Source: an uncultured delta proteobacterium (GTDB lineage: Bacteria; Myxococcota; Myxococcia; Myxococcales; Anaeromyxobacteraceae). Taken from it: a stretch of DNA of 64,000 nt. Positions 17,575 through 26,848 of this stretch are shown here, piece after piece (position 1 is the first letter of the stretch; each line of letters starts with the position of its first letter). The stretch lies in assembly GCA_963845515.1 (NCBI GenBank), contig CAWJSR010000057.1, forward strand, positions 64,001 to 128,000. Direction: 5' to 3'. The translations under genes and the position numbers were made by a program. Below the pieces are notes generated by a model. It saw only the letters and a list, made by a program, of their open reading frames with translations. It was not told where the DNA came from and did no database searches.

Positions 17575-18677
17575 TCAGCTCGCCAGCAGCTTCCGGCTCG
17601 CGCGCGATGGCCCAGACGAAGCCGGCGAGCTCGCGCGCGATGGCGGTGACGGTCTTCTGCTTGTTCTTGCCGCGTGCCGTGAGCTTGCGGTACTTGGCGC
17701 AGAGCCGCTCCTGGGCCGCCAGGCGATGCGCCGGACCTCCGGCGACACGCCCTGGGCTGCGTCCCGCGATGGCGCGGCTCTGCCGCGGCCGGAAGCGATA
17801 GGCCCAGGCCGCCTCGACGAGGATGCGCCGGGCGTGGCTGTTGCCGGCCCGGGTGATCCGCCCTTGCCGGCGTCCCTCGCCGCTGGAGTGCTCCGACGGC
17901 ACCAGGCCGAGGTAGCCCATCAGCTTCGGGGCGCGTCTCGAACGCGTCGAGGTCGCCAAGCTCGGCGGCGAGGACGGTCGCGGAGATGACGCTGACGCCC
18001 CGCAGCGCCTGGCAGCGCCTTCACGAGCGGGCGCAGGCTCCAGCGTCTCCACGAGCTCGACGATGCTCTTCGTCAGCCGCTCCACCCGCTCGTCCAGGTC
18101 CTCGACGGTCCGCAGGTAGTCCTCGAGCACGCGCTGCTGCGCCTCGTGCTCGAAGTGCTGGGCCGGATCCACGTCGAGGTGCTTCTGACGTCCAGGCTCG
18201 TCTTGCCCGGGTAGCGCCGACCGTGGCGCAGCAGGAACTTGCCGAGTTGGTGCCGCGCCGACGCGCTCCGCCTTCTTGGCGTCGTCGCGCGCACGCTCCA
18301 GGTCTCGCATCGCCTCGGTCGCCTGGTCGGCACGTGCGACCTCGGTGAGGTCGCCCGACCGCAGGAACCGCGCCAGCCTCACTGCGTCGCGCCGGTCGGT
18401 CTTCACCCGGTCACCCGACCGCGTCGGCACGAGCGACGGCGCCACCACCACGCAGTCGATGCCTTCGGCCGCGAGCGCCCGCTGGAGCCCGAAGCCGGTC
18501 GGCCCGGCCTCGTAGCAGCACTTCACCTTGCCGAGCCGGCGCAGCCGCTTCAGCAGCAGCGCCGGTGTCGTTGCGGATGGTCGCGAGGTTCCCGGGCTCA
18601 CCACGCCCAGGTTCTGCGACCGCGATGACGATGCTGTCCGCGTGGACATCCAGACCGACGAATCGTACGTTTTCCAT
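17575..18677 (-). pseudogene. IS110 transposase with multiple frameshifts
   Basis: MENVRFVGLDVHADSIVIAV, CYEAGPTGFGL, KTDRRDAVRLA, GLVPSEHSSG, AIARELAGFVWA spread over several frames. Confidence 0.88.
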
Positions 18678-18770
18678 GGTTGGACCCGCCTCCCGCTGTG
18701 GCTCTGCGCCGTGGAGTACCCCTCTGCGGAGTAACCCACGTTCGCGTGACTGCGGGTCCAACCATCTTGT

Positions 18771-21700
18771 CTAGTGGAAGTCCCGCGACCGTGCCCCGAC
18801 GGGCGGCGCCAGGGCGAGCGGGGCGAAGGACTCGGCCCGGACGTTGACCACCTGCCCGCTCCGCTCCATCCGTCCCCGGACGAGCAGGAACGGCGAGCCG
18901 CGCACCAGCGCGCGGTAGCGCTCGTAGATGTCGGGCATGACGACCAGGTTGGCGATGCCGGTCTCGTCCTCCAGGCTCACGAAGACGATCCCCTTCGCCG
19001 TCTCGGGGCGCTGCCGGACGATGACGAGCCCCGCCACCTCAACCCGCTCGCGGTCGTGGAGCCGGGCGACCTCCCGCGCCGTCCTCACCGCCCCCCCTGC
19101 CAGGGACGGGCGGATGACGGCCATCGGGTGGCCACGCGTCGAGAGGCCGATCGTCGAGTAGTCGGCGGCGATCTCCTCCGCGGCGGAGGACGGGGGGAGC
19201 TTCACCTCCGGCTCCGGCGGTGCGACCCCGGCGAAGAGGTCGCGCTCCTCACCTGAACTATCGGAGATCGCGAGCGTTTTCCAGACGGCGCTGCGCCGCT
19301 CCGGATCCAGGGAGGCGAGCGCCCCGGCCTCCGCGAGCCGGGCCAGCCAGGCCCGCGAGACGCCGCCGCGGTCCGCCAGGTCGGCGACCGAGAGGAACGG
19401 CGCCACGCGCCGGGCCGCGACGATCCCCTCCCCCACGGCGTTCGGCAGCCCCCGGACCTGGTGGAGCCCTACCCGGACGGCTGGCGCCTCGCCAGGGGGC
19501 GCCGGGACCCCTTCCGTGGCCCCTTCGAGGGTGCTCTCCCACCCGCTCCACTGTACGTCCGGTGGCCGGACCTCGACCCCGTGGCGCCGCGCGTCCTCGA
19601 CCAGCGTGTGTGGCGAGTAGAAGCCCATCGGCTGGCTGTCGAGCAGGGCGCAGGTGAAGGCGGCCGGGTGGTAGCGCTTCACCCAGGCCGACGCGTAGAC
19701 GAGGAGCGCGAAGGAGGCGGCGTGCGACTCGGGGAAGCCGTAGCCGGCGAAGCCGAGGAGCTGGCGGTAGATCCGCTCCGACTCCTCGGCCGGGATCCCG
19801 CGCTCGGCCATCCCGGCCTGGAGCTTCGCCTTGATGGCGGCCAGCTTCTCGTGGGAGCGGCGGTGGGTCATGTCCCGCCGCAGCTCGTCCGCCTCCCCGG
19901 GCGTGAAGCCGCCGGCCACCACCGCGAGCCGCATCGCCTGCTCCTGGAAGAGCGGGATCCCGAGGGTCCGCTCGAGGACCGCGGCGAGCGGCGGATAGGA
20001 GTAGCGGACCTCCTCCAGGCCGTCGCGGCGGCGCAGGTACGGGTGGACCATCCCGCCCTGGATCGGGCCGGGGCGGATGATCGCGACCGAGATGACGAGG
20101 TCGTAGAACTTGCGGGGCTTCAGCCGCGGCGCGAGCCCCATCTGCGCCCGCGACTCGACCTGGAAGACGCCGATCGAGTCGGCTCGCTGGAGCATCTCGT
20201 AGGTCGCCGGATCCTCCGCCGGGATGGTCGCGAGCCCGTCCGGCCACGGCCTCGCCGTCGGGAGGGCGGGCGCAGGGTGGTGGCGCGCGATGAGCCTCAG
20301 CGAGCGGGAGATGGCCGTGAGCATCCCGAGCGCGAGCAGGTCCATCTTGAGCAGGTCGAGCGCGGCGAGGTCGTCCTTGTCCCACTGGACGATGGTCCGG
20401 CCAGGCATCGCCGCCGGCTCGACCGGCACCGTCTCGCAGAGCGGCCGCTTCGTGACGACGAAGCCGCCCACGTGGATGGAGAGGTGGCGCGGGAAGCCCG
20501 CGAGCTCCCGCGCGAGCTCGAGCGTCTGACGGACCCGCGGCGACTCGCCGGGATCGAGCCCGGCCTGCGCGAGCAGCTCGGGCCCCAGCCGGGAGAGATC
20601 CTCGTGGCTCCCCAGCAGCTTCGCGAGCCGGTCGACCTGGGCGAGCGAGAGGCCGAGCGCCTTCCCGGCGTCGCGGATGGCGGAGCGGGTCCGGTAGGTG
20701 ATCACCTCGCAGACCATCCCCGCGTGCTCGCGCCCGTAGCGCTCGTAGACGTACTGGAGCACCTCCTCGCGCCGCTCGTGCTCGAAGTCGACGTCGATGT
20801 CCGGTGGCTCCCCGCGCTCGGCGGAGATGAACCGCTCGAAGAGGAGCCCCATCCGGACGGGATCGATGGCGGTGATCCCGAGGACGTAGCAGACGGCCGA
20901 GTTGGCCGCGCTCCCCCTCCCCTGACAGAGGATCCCGCGGCCGCGCGCGAAGCGGACGATGTCCCAGACGGCGAGGAAGTAGCTCGCGTAGCCGAGCGAC
21001 TCGACGAGGTCCAGCTCGCGGGCGAGCTGCCGCACGACGTCCTCCGGCGGATCGCCGCCGAAGCGCCAGCGCGCGCCATCGCGGACGAGCTGCCGGAGGA
21101 GCTCCATCCCAGCCAGGCCCGGCTCCGGCGCCGGCGCGATCGGGGCGCCCTCCGGGCCGTGAGCAGCCGACGCCACCAGCGGCGGGAGCGGGTGCTCGCC
21201 GCGGATCTCGTCCATCCGGAAGGCGCAGCCGTCGGCGATCCCGGCAGCCGCCTCCAGCCCCTCGGGGAAGTCGCTCCAGAGCCGCGCCATCTCCTCCGGT
21301 CCCTTGAGCGTCCGCTCGGCGTTGGGGAAGAGGCGGCGCCCCGCCTTCTCGACCGGGACGCCGTGCCGGATGCAGGTGAGGACGTCCTGCAGCACCTGCC
21401 GCCTCCGCGCGTGGGTGTGGACGTCGTTGGTGACCGCGACGGTGACGCCGAGCCGCCGGCCGACGGAGCGGGTCGCAGCGATCCGCAACTCCTCCCCGGC
21501 GACGCGGTGGCGCGCGACGGCCAGGGCCATGCGGAGGCCGAAGATCTCACGGAGCCGCGCCACCGCCCCCTCGTCAGCGCCGGGGTGGAGCGCGAAGAGG
21601 CCTCCCGACCGATCCCCCAGCGCCCTGAGCGAGACCCCCACCTCCTGGCGCGGCCGCCGCGGCGGCGAGGGGATCTCTTCTCTCAGCTCCTCCCCGCAGT

Positions 21701-22013
21701 GGGCGAGCGTGAGGAGCCGGCAGAGGTGGGCGTACCCCTCGCGATCCTGCGCGAGCAGGACGACCGGCGCCGGCCGGCCGCGGACGAGGTCGGTGACGGT
21801 CACCTCCGCGCCGACGAGGAGCGGGAAGCTCCGGCGCTTCGCCTCGGTCCACCCCTTCACGACGCCGTAGAGGCCGTTCACGTCGGTGAGCGCGAGGGCG
21901 GAGAGCCCCAGCTCCGACGCCCGACCGACCAGCTCCTCGGGGTGGCTGGCCCCCTCCAGGAAGGAGTAGCAGGAGCGGCAGCGCAGCTCGGCGTAGCGCG
22001 GGGCGGGGGCCAT
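18771..22013 (-). CDS. dnaE2: error-prone DNA polymerase DnaE2 (ImuC)
   Basis: YAELRCRSCYSFLEGASHPEEL, QGRGSAANS, PPDIDVDFEH, YGFPESHAASFA, C-terminal SRDFH motif. Confidence 0.96.
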   Translation of the reverse strand: MAPAPRYAELRCRSCYSFLEGASHPEELVGRASELGLSALALTDVNGLYGVVKGWTEAKRRSFPLLVGAEVTVTDLVRGRPAPVVLLAQDREGYAHLCRLLTLAHCGEELREEIPSPPRRPRQEVGVSLRALGDRSGGLFALHPGADEGAVARLREIFGLRMALAVARHRVAGEELRIAATRSVGRRLGVTVAVTNDVHTHARRRQVLQDVLTCIRHGVPVEKAGRRLFPNAERTLKGPEEMARLWSDFPEGLEAAAGIADGCAFRMDEIRGEHPLPPLVASAAHGPEGAPIAPAPEPGLAGMELLRQLVRDGARWRFGGDPPEDVVRQLARELDLVESLGYASYFLAVWDIVRFARGRGILCQGRGSAANSAVCYVLGITAIDPVRMGLLFERFISAERGEPPDIDVDFEHERREEVLQYVYERYGREHAGMVCEVITYRTRSAIRDAGKALGLSLAQVDRLAKLLGSHEDLSRLGPELLAQAGLDPGESPRVRQTLELARELAGFPRHLSIHVGGFVVTKRPLCETVPVEPAAMPGRTIVQWDKDDLAALDLLKMDLLALGMLTAISRSLRLIARHHPAPALPTARPWPDGLATIPAEDPATYEMLQRADSIGVFQVESRAQMGLAPRLKPRKFYDLVISVAIIRPGPIQGGMVHPYLRRRDGLEEVRYSYPPLAAVLERTLGIPLFQEQAMRLAVVAGGFTPGEADELRRDMTHRRSHEKLAAIKAKLQAGMAERGIPAEESERIYRQLLGFAGYGFPESHAASFALLVYASAWVKRYHPAAFTCALLDSQPMGFYSPHTLVEDARRHGVEVRPPDVQWSGWESTLEGATEGVPAPPGEAPAVRVGLHQVRGLPNAVGEGIVAARRVAPFLSVADLADRGGVSRAWLARLAEAGALASLDPERRSAVWKTLAISDSSGEERDLFAGVAPPEPEVKLPPSSAAEEIAADYSTIGLSTRGHPMAVIRPSLAGGAVRTAREVARLHDRERVEVAGLVIVRQRPETAKGIVFVSLEDETGIANLVVMPDIYERYRALVRGSPFLLVRGRMERSGQVVNVRAESFAPLALAPPVGARSRDFH

Positions 22014-23560
22014 CAGTCGAAGAACCCGTGGAGGTAGAGCCGGCCGTCGCGGCCGTCCCGGAAGACCCAGCAGTCGCCGACCCCCTCGAGCCGGACGCGC
22101 CAGTAGTCGCGCTCGAAAGGCGCGCCCCACCACTCGCCCACCAGCCGCTCCGGCCCCTCCATCGCGTCGACGGCGTGGGCGCGCCCATCGACGCGGAGCG
22201 CGGTGATCCGCCCACCTTCCCCCTCGGCGATGATCGCCCGCGGCACGGCCAGCAGCCGGGTGGGACGGAAGCGGCCGAGCGCCGGTGGCGCGTCCGGGCC
22301 GTCGAGCAGCGGCGCGGCGTCGCCGCCCTTCGGCCTCCCCTCCCGCCGCTCGCGCCGGAAGGGGATCGGCCGGTAGGCCGCCTCGGGCCGGTGGCGCTCG
22401 ACCTGCTCGGCGGCGAAGAGGGCGCCGTCGCCGAGCCTCCCCGCGAGCCGCGCCAGCACGCTCTCCAGCGCGGCGATCGCCTCCGGCCGATCGCCGATGG
22501 CCAGCTGCTCCGCGTGGAGGGGGGCGACCTCGATGGCGGCGAGCCGCAGGCCGGTCACCGCCGCCGGCAGCCGCAGGGCGAAGATCCGCTCCCGCAGCGT
22601 GCCGAGCCAGCTCCCCGCCTCGGCCGTGGGGCGGGCGAGCGGCACGAAGAGCCGCTCCTCCCCGCGCGGATCGAGCCGCAGCACCAGCTTGAGCCGCGTC
22701 GCGCCCAGCGCTCGCCCGGCGAGCCGGGCCGCCACCCGATCGGCGAGCCGCTTCACGGCGAAGAGGACAGGCTCTGCGCTCTCCACCGCCCCTTCGAGCT
22801 CCAGCGACTCCTCCGGGAGCGTCTCCGGCGTCCAGGGCACGAGCGGGCGCGCGTCCTCGCCGCGCGCGAGCCTGGCTGCGGCCACGCCGGCGACGCCGAA
22901 GCGGTGGGCGAGCGACTCGATCGGGAGCCGCGCCAGCGCGCCGGCGGAGTCGATCCCGAGGCCGGCGAGCCGCTCGCTCGTCGCGCCGTCGAGCCCGAGC
23001 GCGTGGAGCGGTAGCGGCGCGAGCGCGCGTGGCTCCGCTCCCGGCGGCACGATCCGGACCGCCGCGACGGCGGCGCGCGCGAGGGCGAGCGCCGGTCCCT
23101 TCCCGGTCGCGACCACCGCGCGGACGCTCCAGCCCAGCTCCAGCGCCAGCCCCCTCGCGCCCTCGGCCAGGAGCCGCTCCGCGACCGCCGGCTCCCTCGC
23201 TGCCAGGTGAGCCGCGCCGGCGTCGAGCAGGAGCGCGTCCGGCCGCACCGGCTCCACCGCCGGCACGAGCGCCAGCATCGCCTCCGCCAGGGCCCGCAGC
23301 GCGGCGAGGTCGGCCGCCGGCGCGTGCGGCGCAAGCTCGACGAGGCCGCAGGCGGCGATCGCCTCGGTGACGGTCTGGCCCGGCCGGATGCCGGCGTCGA
23401 GGGCGGCCGCGTCGGCGCAGACGATCCGCCCCTCGTGCTCCACCGCGAGCGGCCGAAGCGACCCCTTCCCCTCCCCGCCGCGCTCCCGCCGGAGCCGCTG
23501 GATGGGGAGCGAGGGGACGTGGAGCGCGAGGAGGCGCGGCGGCGAAGGGTCACGCCGCAT
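22013..23560 (-). CDS. imuB: Y-family polymerase-like protein ImuB
   Basis: GIRPGQTVTEA; C-terminal GPERLVGEWW...RDYWRV...WVFRD...YLHGFFD; lies between imuA and dnaE2. Confidence 0.9.
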   Translation of the reverse strand: MRRDPSPPRLLALHVPSLPIQRLRRERGGEGKGSLRPLAVEHEGRIVCADAAALDAGIRPGQTVTEAIAACGLVELAPHAPAADLAALRALAEAMLALVPAVEPVRPDALLLDAGAAHLAAREPAVAERLLAEGARGLALELGWSVRAVVATGKGPALALARAAVAAVRIVPPGAEPRALAPLPLHALGLDGATSERLAGLGIDSAGALARLPIESLAHRFGVAGVAAARLARGEDARPLVPWTPETLPEESLELEGAVESAEPVLFAVKRLADRVAARLAGRALGATRLKLVLRLDPRGEERLFVPLARPTAEAGSWLGTLRERIFALRLPAAVTGLRLAAIEVAPLHAEQLAIGDRPEAIAALESVLARLAGRLGDGALFAAEQVERHRPEAAYRPIPFRRERREGRPKGGDAAPLLDGPDAPPALGRFRPTRLLAVPRAIIAEGEGGRITALRVDGRAHAVDAMEGPERLVGEWWGAPFERDYWRVRLEGVGDCWVFRDGRDGRLYLHGFFD

Positions 23561-24206
23561 CGATCCCACCTGCCACGCGGGCGAGCGTCGCCCGCCCCTC
23601 GCGCTTCGCCACGACCCGCCCGTCCAGGACGGAGAGCTCGAGCCGGACGCCGGCCGGCGCGCGCGCGGCCGCGCCCGGGCTGGAGAGCCAGAGCCCGACC
23701 GTCCCCCCCTTCTCTGCCGCCGTCTGGAGCCGGCGCAGGAGCCCGTCCGCCCCGCGCATCCCGACGGGGAGCGGGACGTCGACGATCACGACCGCGAACG
23801 CCCCCGACCCAAGGAGCGCCTCAGCTGCCCAGAAGCCCGCCAGCGCACCGGCGGCGCCCGACGCCGGGCCGCCGGGCCGGATCAGGAGGAGCCGCCCCAG
23901 GTCGACCCCAAGCGCGGCGGCGGCTGGCGGGTAGAGCTCCCCCGTCCCGTCGACGAAGGCGGCCAGCTCGTCCCGGGGGAGCGCAGCGACGAGCGCGAGG
24001 GCCACCCCGGTCTTCCCGCTCGCCGGCCCGCCGCGCAGCTCGGAGAGGACTCCACGCGGGAAGCCCCCCGCCGGCAGCGCCTCGTCTACGGAGGCGAGGC
24101 CGCACGGCAGGGCGCCCGACCGCCGGTCGGGGCGCCGCTCGAGGCGGCGGATCTCGTCCCGGAGCCGGGCGAGGACGAGCGTGCGCTGTGAGGTCTCGAT
24201 AGTCAT
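23550..24206 (-). CDS. imuA: RecA-like accessory protein ImuA
   Basis: CGLASVDEALPAGGFPRG, GGPASGKT, FVDGTGELYPPAAAALGVDLGRLLLIRP. Confidence 0.88.
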   Translation of the reverse strand: MTIETSQRTLVLARLRDEIRRLERRPDRRSGALPCGLASVDEALPAGGFPRGVLSELRGGPASGKTGVALALVAALPRDELAAFVDGTGELYPPAAAALGVDLGRLLLIRPGGPASGAAGALAGFWAAEALLGSGAFAVVIVDVPLPVGMRGADGLLRRLQTAAEKGGTVGLWLSSPGAAARAPAGVRLELSVLDGRVVAKREGRATLARVAGGIDAA

Positions 24207-24214
24207 CCGATCCA

Positions 24215-24243
24215 AGGATACTGGTCGGATGTTCAGCTATCAA
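24215..24243 (-). promoter_or_regulatory. imuA promoter with myxobacterial-type LexA box
   Basis: Minus strand TTGATA-17 nt-TATCCT; the spacer (24221-24237, + strand CTGGTCGGATGTTCAGC) fits the CTR...GTTCAGS ends of the Myxococcus LexA box. Confidence 0.75.
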
Positions 24244-24424
24244 GCTGGCCTGACCTTCTCACCGAATGGCCCCGCCCCGAGGAGTCACCCGAACGCGCTA
24301 CTCACAGCCAAACTACAGGGCGGGACCGCGCCCACGGTAGGTGCTCCAGATGGCCACGACGAAGACACAGTCGGCCTGTTTTCACCTGCCTCCGGGCTGT
24401 CGCCCGGACGATGCGCCAGGGGAG

Positions 24425-24766
24425 CTAGGTTGCCGCGGCGCTGGTCGACAGGGGCCGGTACGGCTGCTCCGAGGTGCTGGCGGTCGCCGTGGGCGCGAGC
24501 CGCTCGCCGTTGGCGAGCATGTCGAGCGACATCTTCAGCATCGTGGCGATGAGCACCCCCGAGCCGGCCACGTCCACCTTCCTGTAGATGCGCTTGCGAC
24601 GCGCTCGGATGGTCTCCGGCGAGACGTTGGCGGCGGCCGCAGAGTCCTTGCACGCGAAGCCCTGGGCGATGCGGAGGACCTCTGCCCGCTCGGCCGGGGT
24701 CAGGGTGCTCCCCTGCATGAACCTGGCAGCGAAGGGCGTCAGGATCTCGATGTTGATCTGGGCCAT
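24425..24766 (-). CDS. stand-alone LuxR-type HTH protein
   Basis: LTPAERAEVLRIAQG..KDSAAAANVSPETIRARRKRIYRKV; RBS GAGGAG. Confidence 0.8.
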   Translation of the reverse strand: MAQINIEILTPFAARFMQGSTLTPAERAEVLRIAQGFACKDSAAAANVSPETIRARRKRIYRKVDVAGSGVLIATMLKMSLDMLANGERLAPTATASTSEQPYRPLSTSAAAT

Positions 24767-24958
24767 CTCTGGGACTCCTCTGGAGGAGCCGATCGCTCAT
24801 GCGATCGACCTTGGTTCGAACCAAGATAGGTAGGCCCCCTCGGGGTGCCAACCCCCTGTACCCCAGAATTCCGGACCGGGGTTCGGCATCGGGGTCTCGA
24901 CCTAGTGCGGGCTGTAGTATCGGTGCCGTTCACCCACCCTCCCGAAAGGCTCCGCCGC

Positions 24959-25723
24959 ATGTCCTCGGCTCTCCGCTCGCACGCTCCTCGACTCCTCCTC
25001 GCGCTCGCAGCGGTCGCGCTGGCGCCGTCCCCGGCGCGAGCCACGGAGCCGCCGCCGGCCCCCGACTGCGTGAAGCTCGTCGCAGGACAGATCAAGCGGT
25101 TCGACGCCTCGGGCATCCGCAAGCTGCAGGAGCAGGTGCAGGCTTACCGGGTCACGCGGATGATGATCGACGCCATCGGCAAGAAGCTGGAGCTGGGCGC
25201 GGCCTGGACCGAGGGCAACCCGCGCTGGGATGAGGCGTACGCCCTCTTCCAGCCGGACCTCTACGCGGCGATGCGTGCGGGCGCCGAGCGCGAGATGCAC
25301 CGCATGGAGACGAAGCTCCCCCAGCTCCTCGATCCCGCCACGTGCAAGAAGCACCTCGCGGTCCTGGCCTCGAGGCCCGGCGCGGCGGCGGCCCGGCTCG
25401 AGGACGGCGTCGAGGGGCGGAAGTTCCTCGCCTCCCTCGAGAAGGCCTTCGGGATCCCGCCACGCCTGCGCGACCTCGCGAAGGCCACGCGGCAGGAGAT
25501 CGCAGAGGCGGCGGCGACCCCCGAGGATCCCGCCGTCGCGATCGCGCGCGGTGAGCTCGGCATCTACGGCAAGCGGTACGCCGCGGCGCTGAAGCAGACC
25601 GGCGACGCTGACCCCGAGGTGGAGCGCAAGGCGTCTGGGGAGGCCGCCACGGCGATGATGGCGCGCAACCGGGCCTCGCTGGACGACATCGTGCGCAGGT
25701 ACCGGGCGGCGAAGGGCGGGTAG
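24959..25723 (+). CDS. secreted hypothetical protein
   Basis: Signal peptide RLLLALAAVALAPSPARA; GC3-rich coding frame. Confidence 0.75.
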   Translation: MSSALRSHAPRLLLALAAVALAPSPARATEPPPAPDCVKLVAGQIKRFDASGIRKLQEQVQAYRVTRMMIDAIGKKLELGAAWTEGNPRWDEAYALFQPDLYAAMRAGAEREMHRMETKLPQLLDPATCKKHLAVLASRPGAAAARLEDGVEGRKFLASLEKAFGIPPRLRDLAKATRQEIAEAAATPEDPAVAIARGELGIYGKRYAAALKQTGDADPEVERKASGEAATAMMARNRASLDDIVRRYRAAKGG

Positions 25724-25725
25724 CG

Positions 25726-26112
25726 CTACCCGTTCGCCGCGACCTTCTTGTCCTGCTCGGCGACCTCTGCCCTGACCTTCTCCATGTCGAGGGCGCGGAC
25801 CTGCTTGATCAGGTCCTCGAGCGCCGCCTCGGGGAGCGCGCCGGGCTGCGAGAAGAGCAGCACCTTGTCGCGCAGGATCATCAGCGTCGGGATGGAGCGG
25901 ATGTCGAACGACCCGGCCAGCTCGGGCTGATCCTCGGTGTTCACCTTGCCGAAGGTGAGGTCGGTGTGCTTCGCGGCCAGCTTCTCGTAGGTCGGGCCGA
26001 AGGAGCGGCACGGCCCGCACCAGGGCGCCCACCAGTCGAGGAGGACGATGCCGTCCTTCTCGACGACCTCCTTGAAGTTCTTGCCCGTCACCTCGACCGT
26101 CGTGGTCCCCAT
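25726..26112 (-). CDS. trxA: thioredoxin
   Basis: DWWAPWCGPCR, IRSIPTL; FSQPGALP C-terminal extension. Confidence 0.93.
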   Translation of the reverse strand: MGTTTVEVTGKNFKEVVEKDGIVLLDWWAPWCGPCRSFGPTYEKLAAKHTDLTFGKVNTEDQPELAGSFDIRSIPTLMILRDKVLLFSQPGALPEAALEDLIKQVRALDMEKVRAEVAEQDKKVAANG

Positions 26113-26219
26113 TTCAATCCTCGCGGCGCCCACCGTCCATTCGGCTTCCGGCGCCCTGCTCCCTCTTCGACCCCAGAGATATGAAAAGGGTTCGGGACCC
26201 GCAAGTGGCCATGGCACAC

Positions 26220-26263
26220 CCCCTCACCCTGGGCCCTCTCCCCCAAGGGGTTGGGGGAGAGGG
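26220..26263 (+). repeat. REP-like palindromic element
   Basis: CCCCTCACCCTGGGCCCTCTCCCCCAAGGGGTTGGGGGAGAGGG hairpin between regA and trxA. Confidence 0.7.
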
Positions 26264-26296
26264 AATTCCCTGGTGGGAGAGAGGGGCGGTCCGGCG

Positions 26297-26848
26297 TCAG
26301 CGAGACGGCGGGTACTTGTGCAGCTTGCGCTGGAGCGAGCGGCGGTGGATGCCGAGCCGGCGCGCCGCCTCCGAGATGTTGCCGCCGCAGTCGGAGAGGA
26401 CGCGCTGGATGTGCTCCCACTCGGCGCGCGCGAGCGAGGGCGTCTCGACCCCCGGCTGCTGCTTGCTCGTCTGCGTGCCGTTGAGGGCCGAGAGGATCTC
26501 GTCGGCGTCGGCCGGCTTCGGCAGGTAGCCGATCGCCCCCTCGCGCACCGCCTCGACCGCGGTCGCGATGGAGCCGTACCCGGTCAGCATCAGCACGCGG
26601 GTCGCCGCGTCCTGCTTCTTGAGCGCGCGCAGCACGTCGATGCCGCTCCCGCCCGGCATCTTGAGATCGACGACCGCCATCTCGGGCGAGTCGCGGTCCA
26701 CCTCGCGCATCGCCTCGTCGGCGTTGCCCGCGGTCCGGACGTCGTAGCCTCGAGCGCGGATCGCCTGCGCGAGGCGCTCGCGCAGGATCGCGTCGTCGTC
26801 GACGAGCAGGATGCTCGGCAGTGCGTCGCGGCTCACTTCCGTCGTCAT
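26297..26848 (-). CDS. regA: RegA/PrrA/ActR-family response regulator
   Basis: LLVDDD, VVDLKM, LTGYGSIATAVEA, SLARAEWEHIQRVL..CGGNISEAARRLGIHRRSLQRKL. Confidence 0.93.
   Translation of the reverse strand: MTTEVSRDALPSILLVDDDAILRERLAQAIRARGYDVRTAGNADEAMREVDRDSPEMAVVDLKMPGGSGIDVLRALKKQDAATRVLMLTGYGSIATAVEAVREGAIGYLPKPADADEILSALNGTQTSKQQPGVETPSLARAEWEHIQRVLSDCGGNISEAARRLGIHRRSLQRKLHKYPPSR

Larger units (their letters stand above)
17294..18772 (-). mobile_element. IS110-family (IS1111-type) insertion sequence
   Basis: Sub-terminal inverted repeats ATGGTTGGACCCG (17297-17309) / CGGGTCCAACCAT (18753-18765); 2-bp core (CT on +) at both boundaries; DEDD transposase; long structured 3' non-coding end. 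Confidence 0.9.

Noticed and set aside
24250..24420. Small ORF or sRNA between the luxR-like gene and imuA
   Set aside because: Possible 27-aa GTG ORF has poor RBS spacing and codon bias; one hairpin is adequately explained as a terminator
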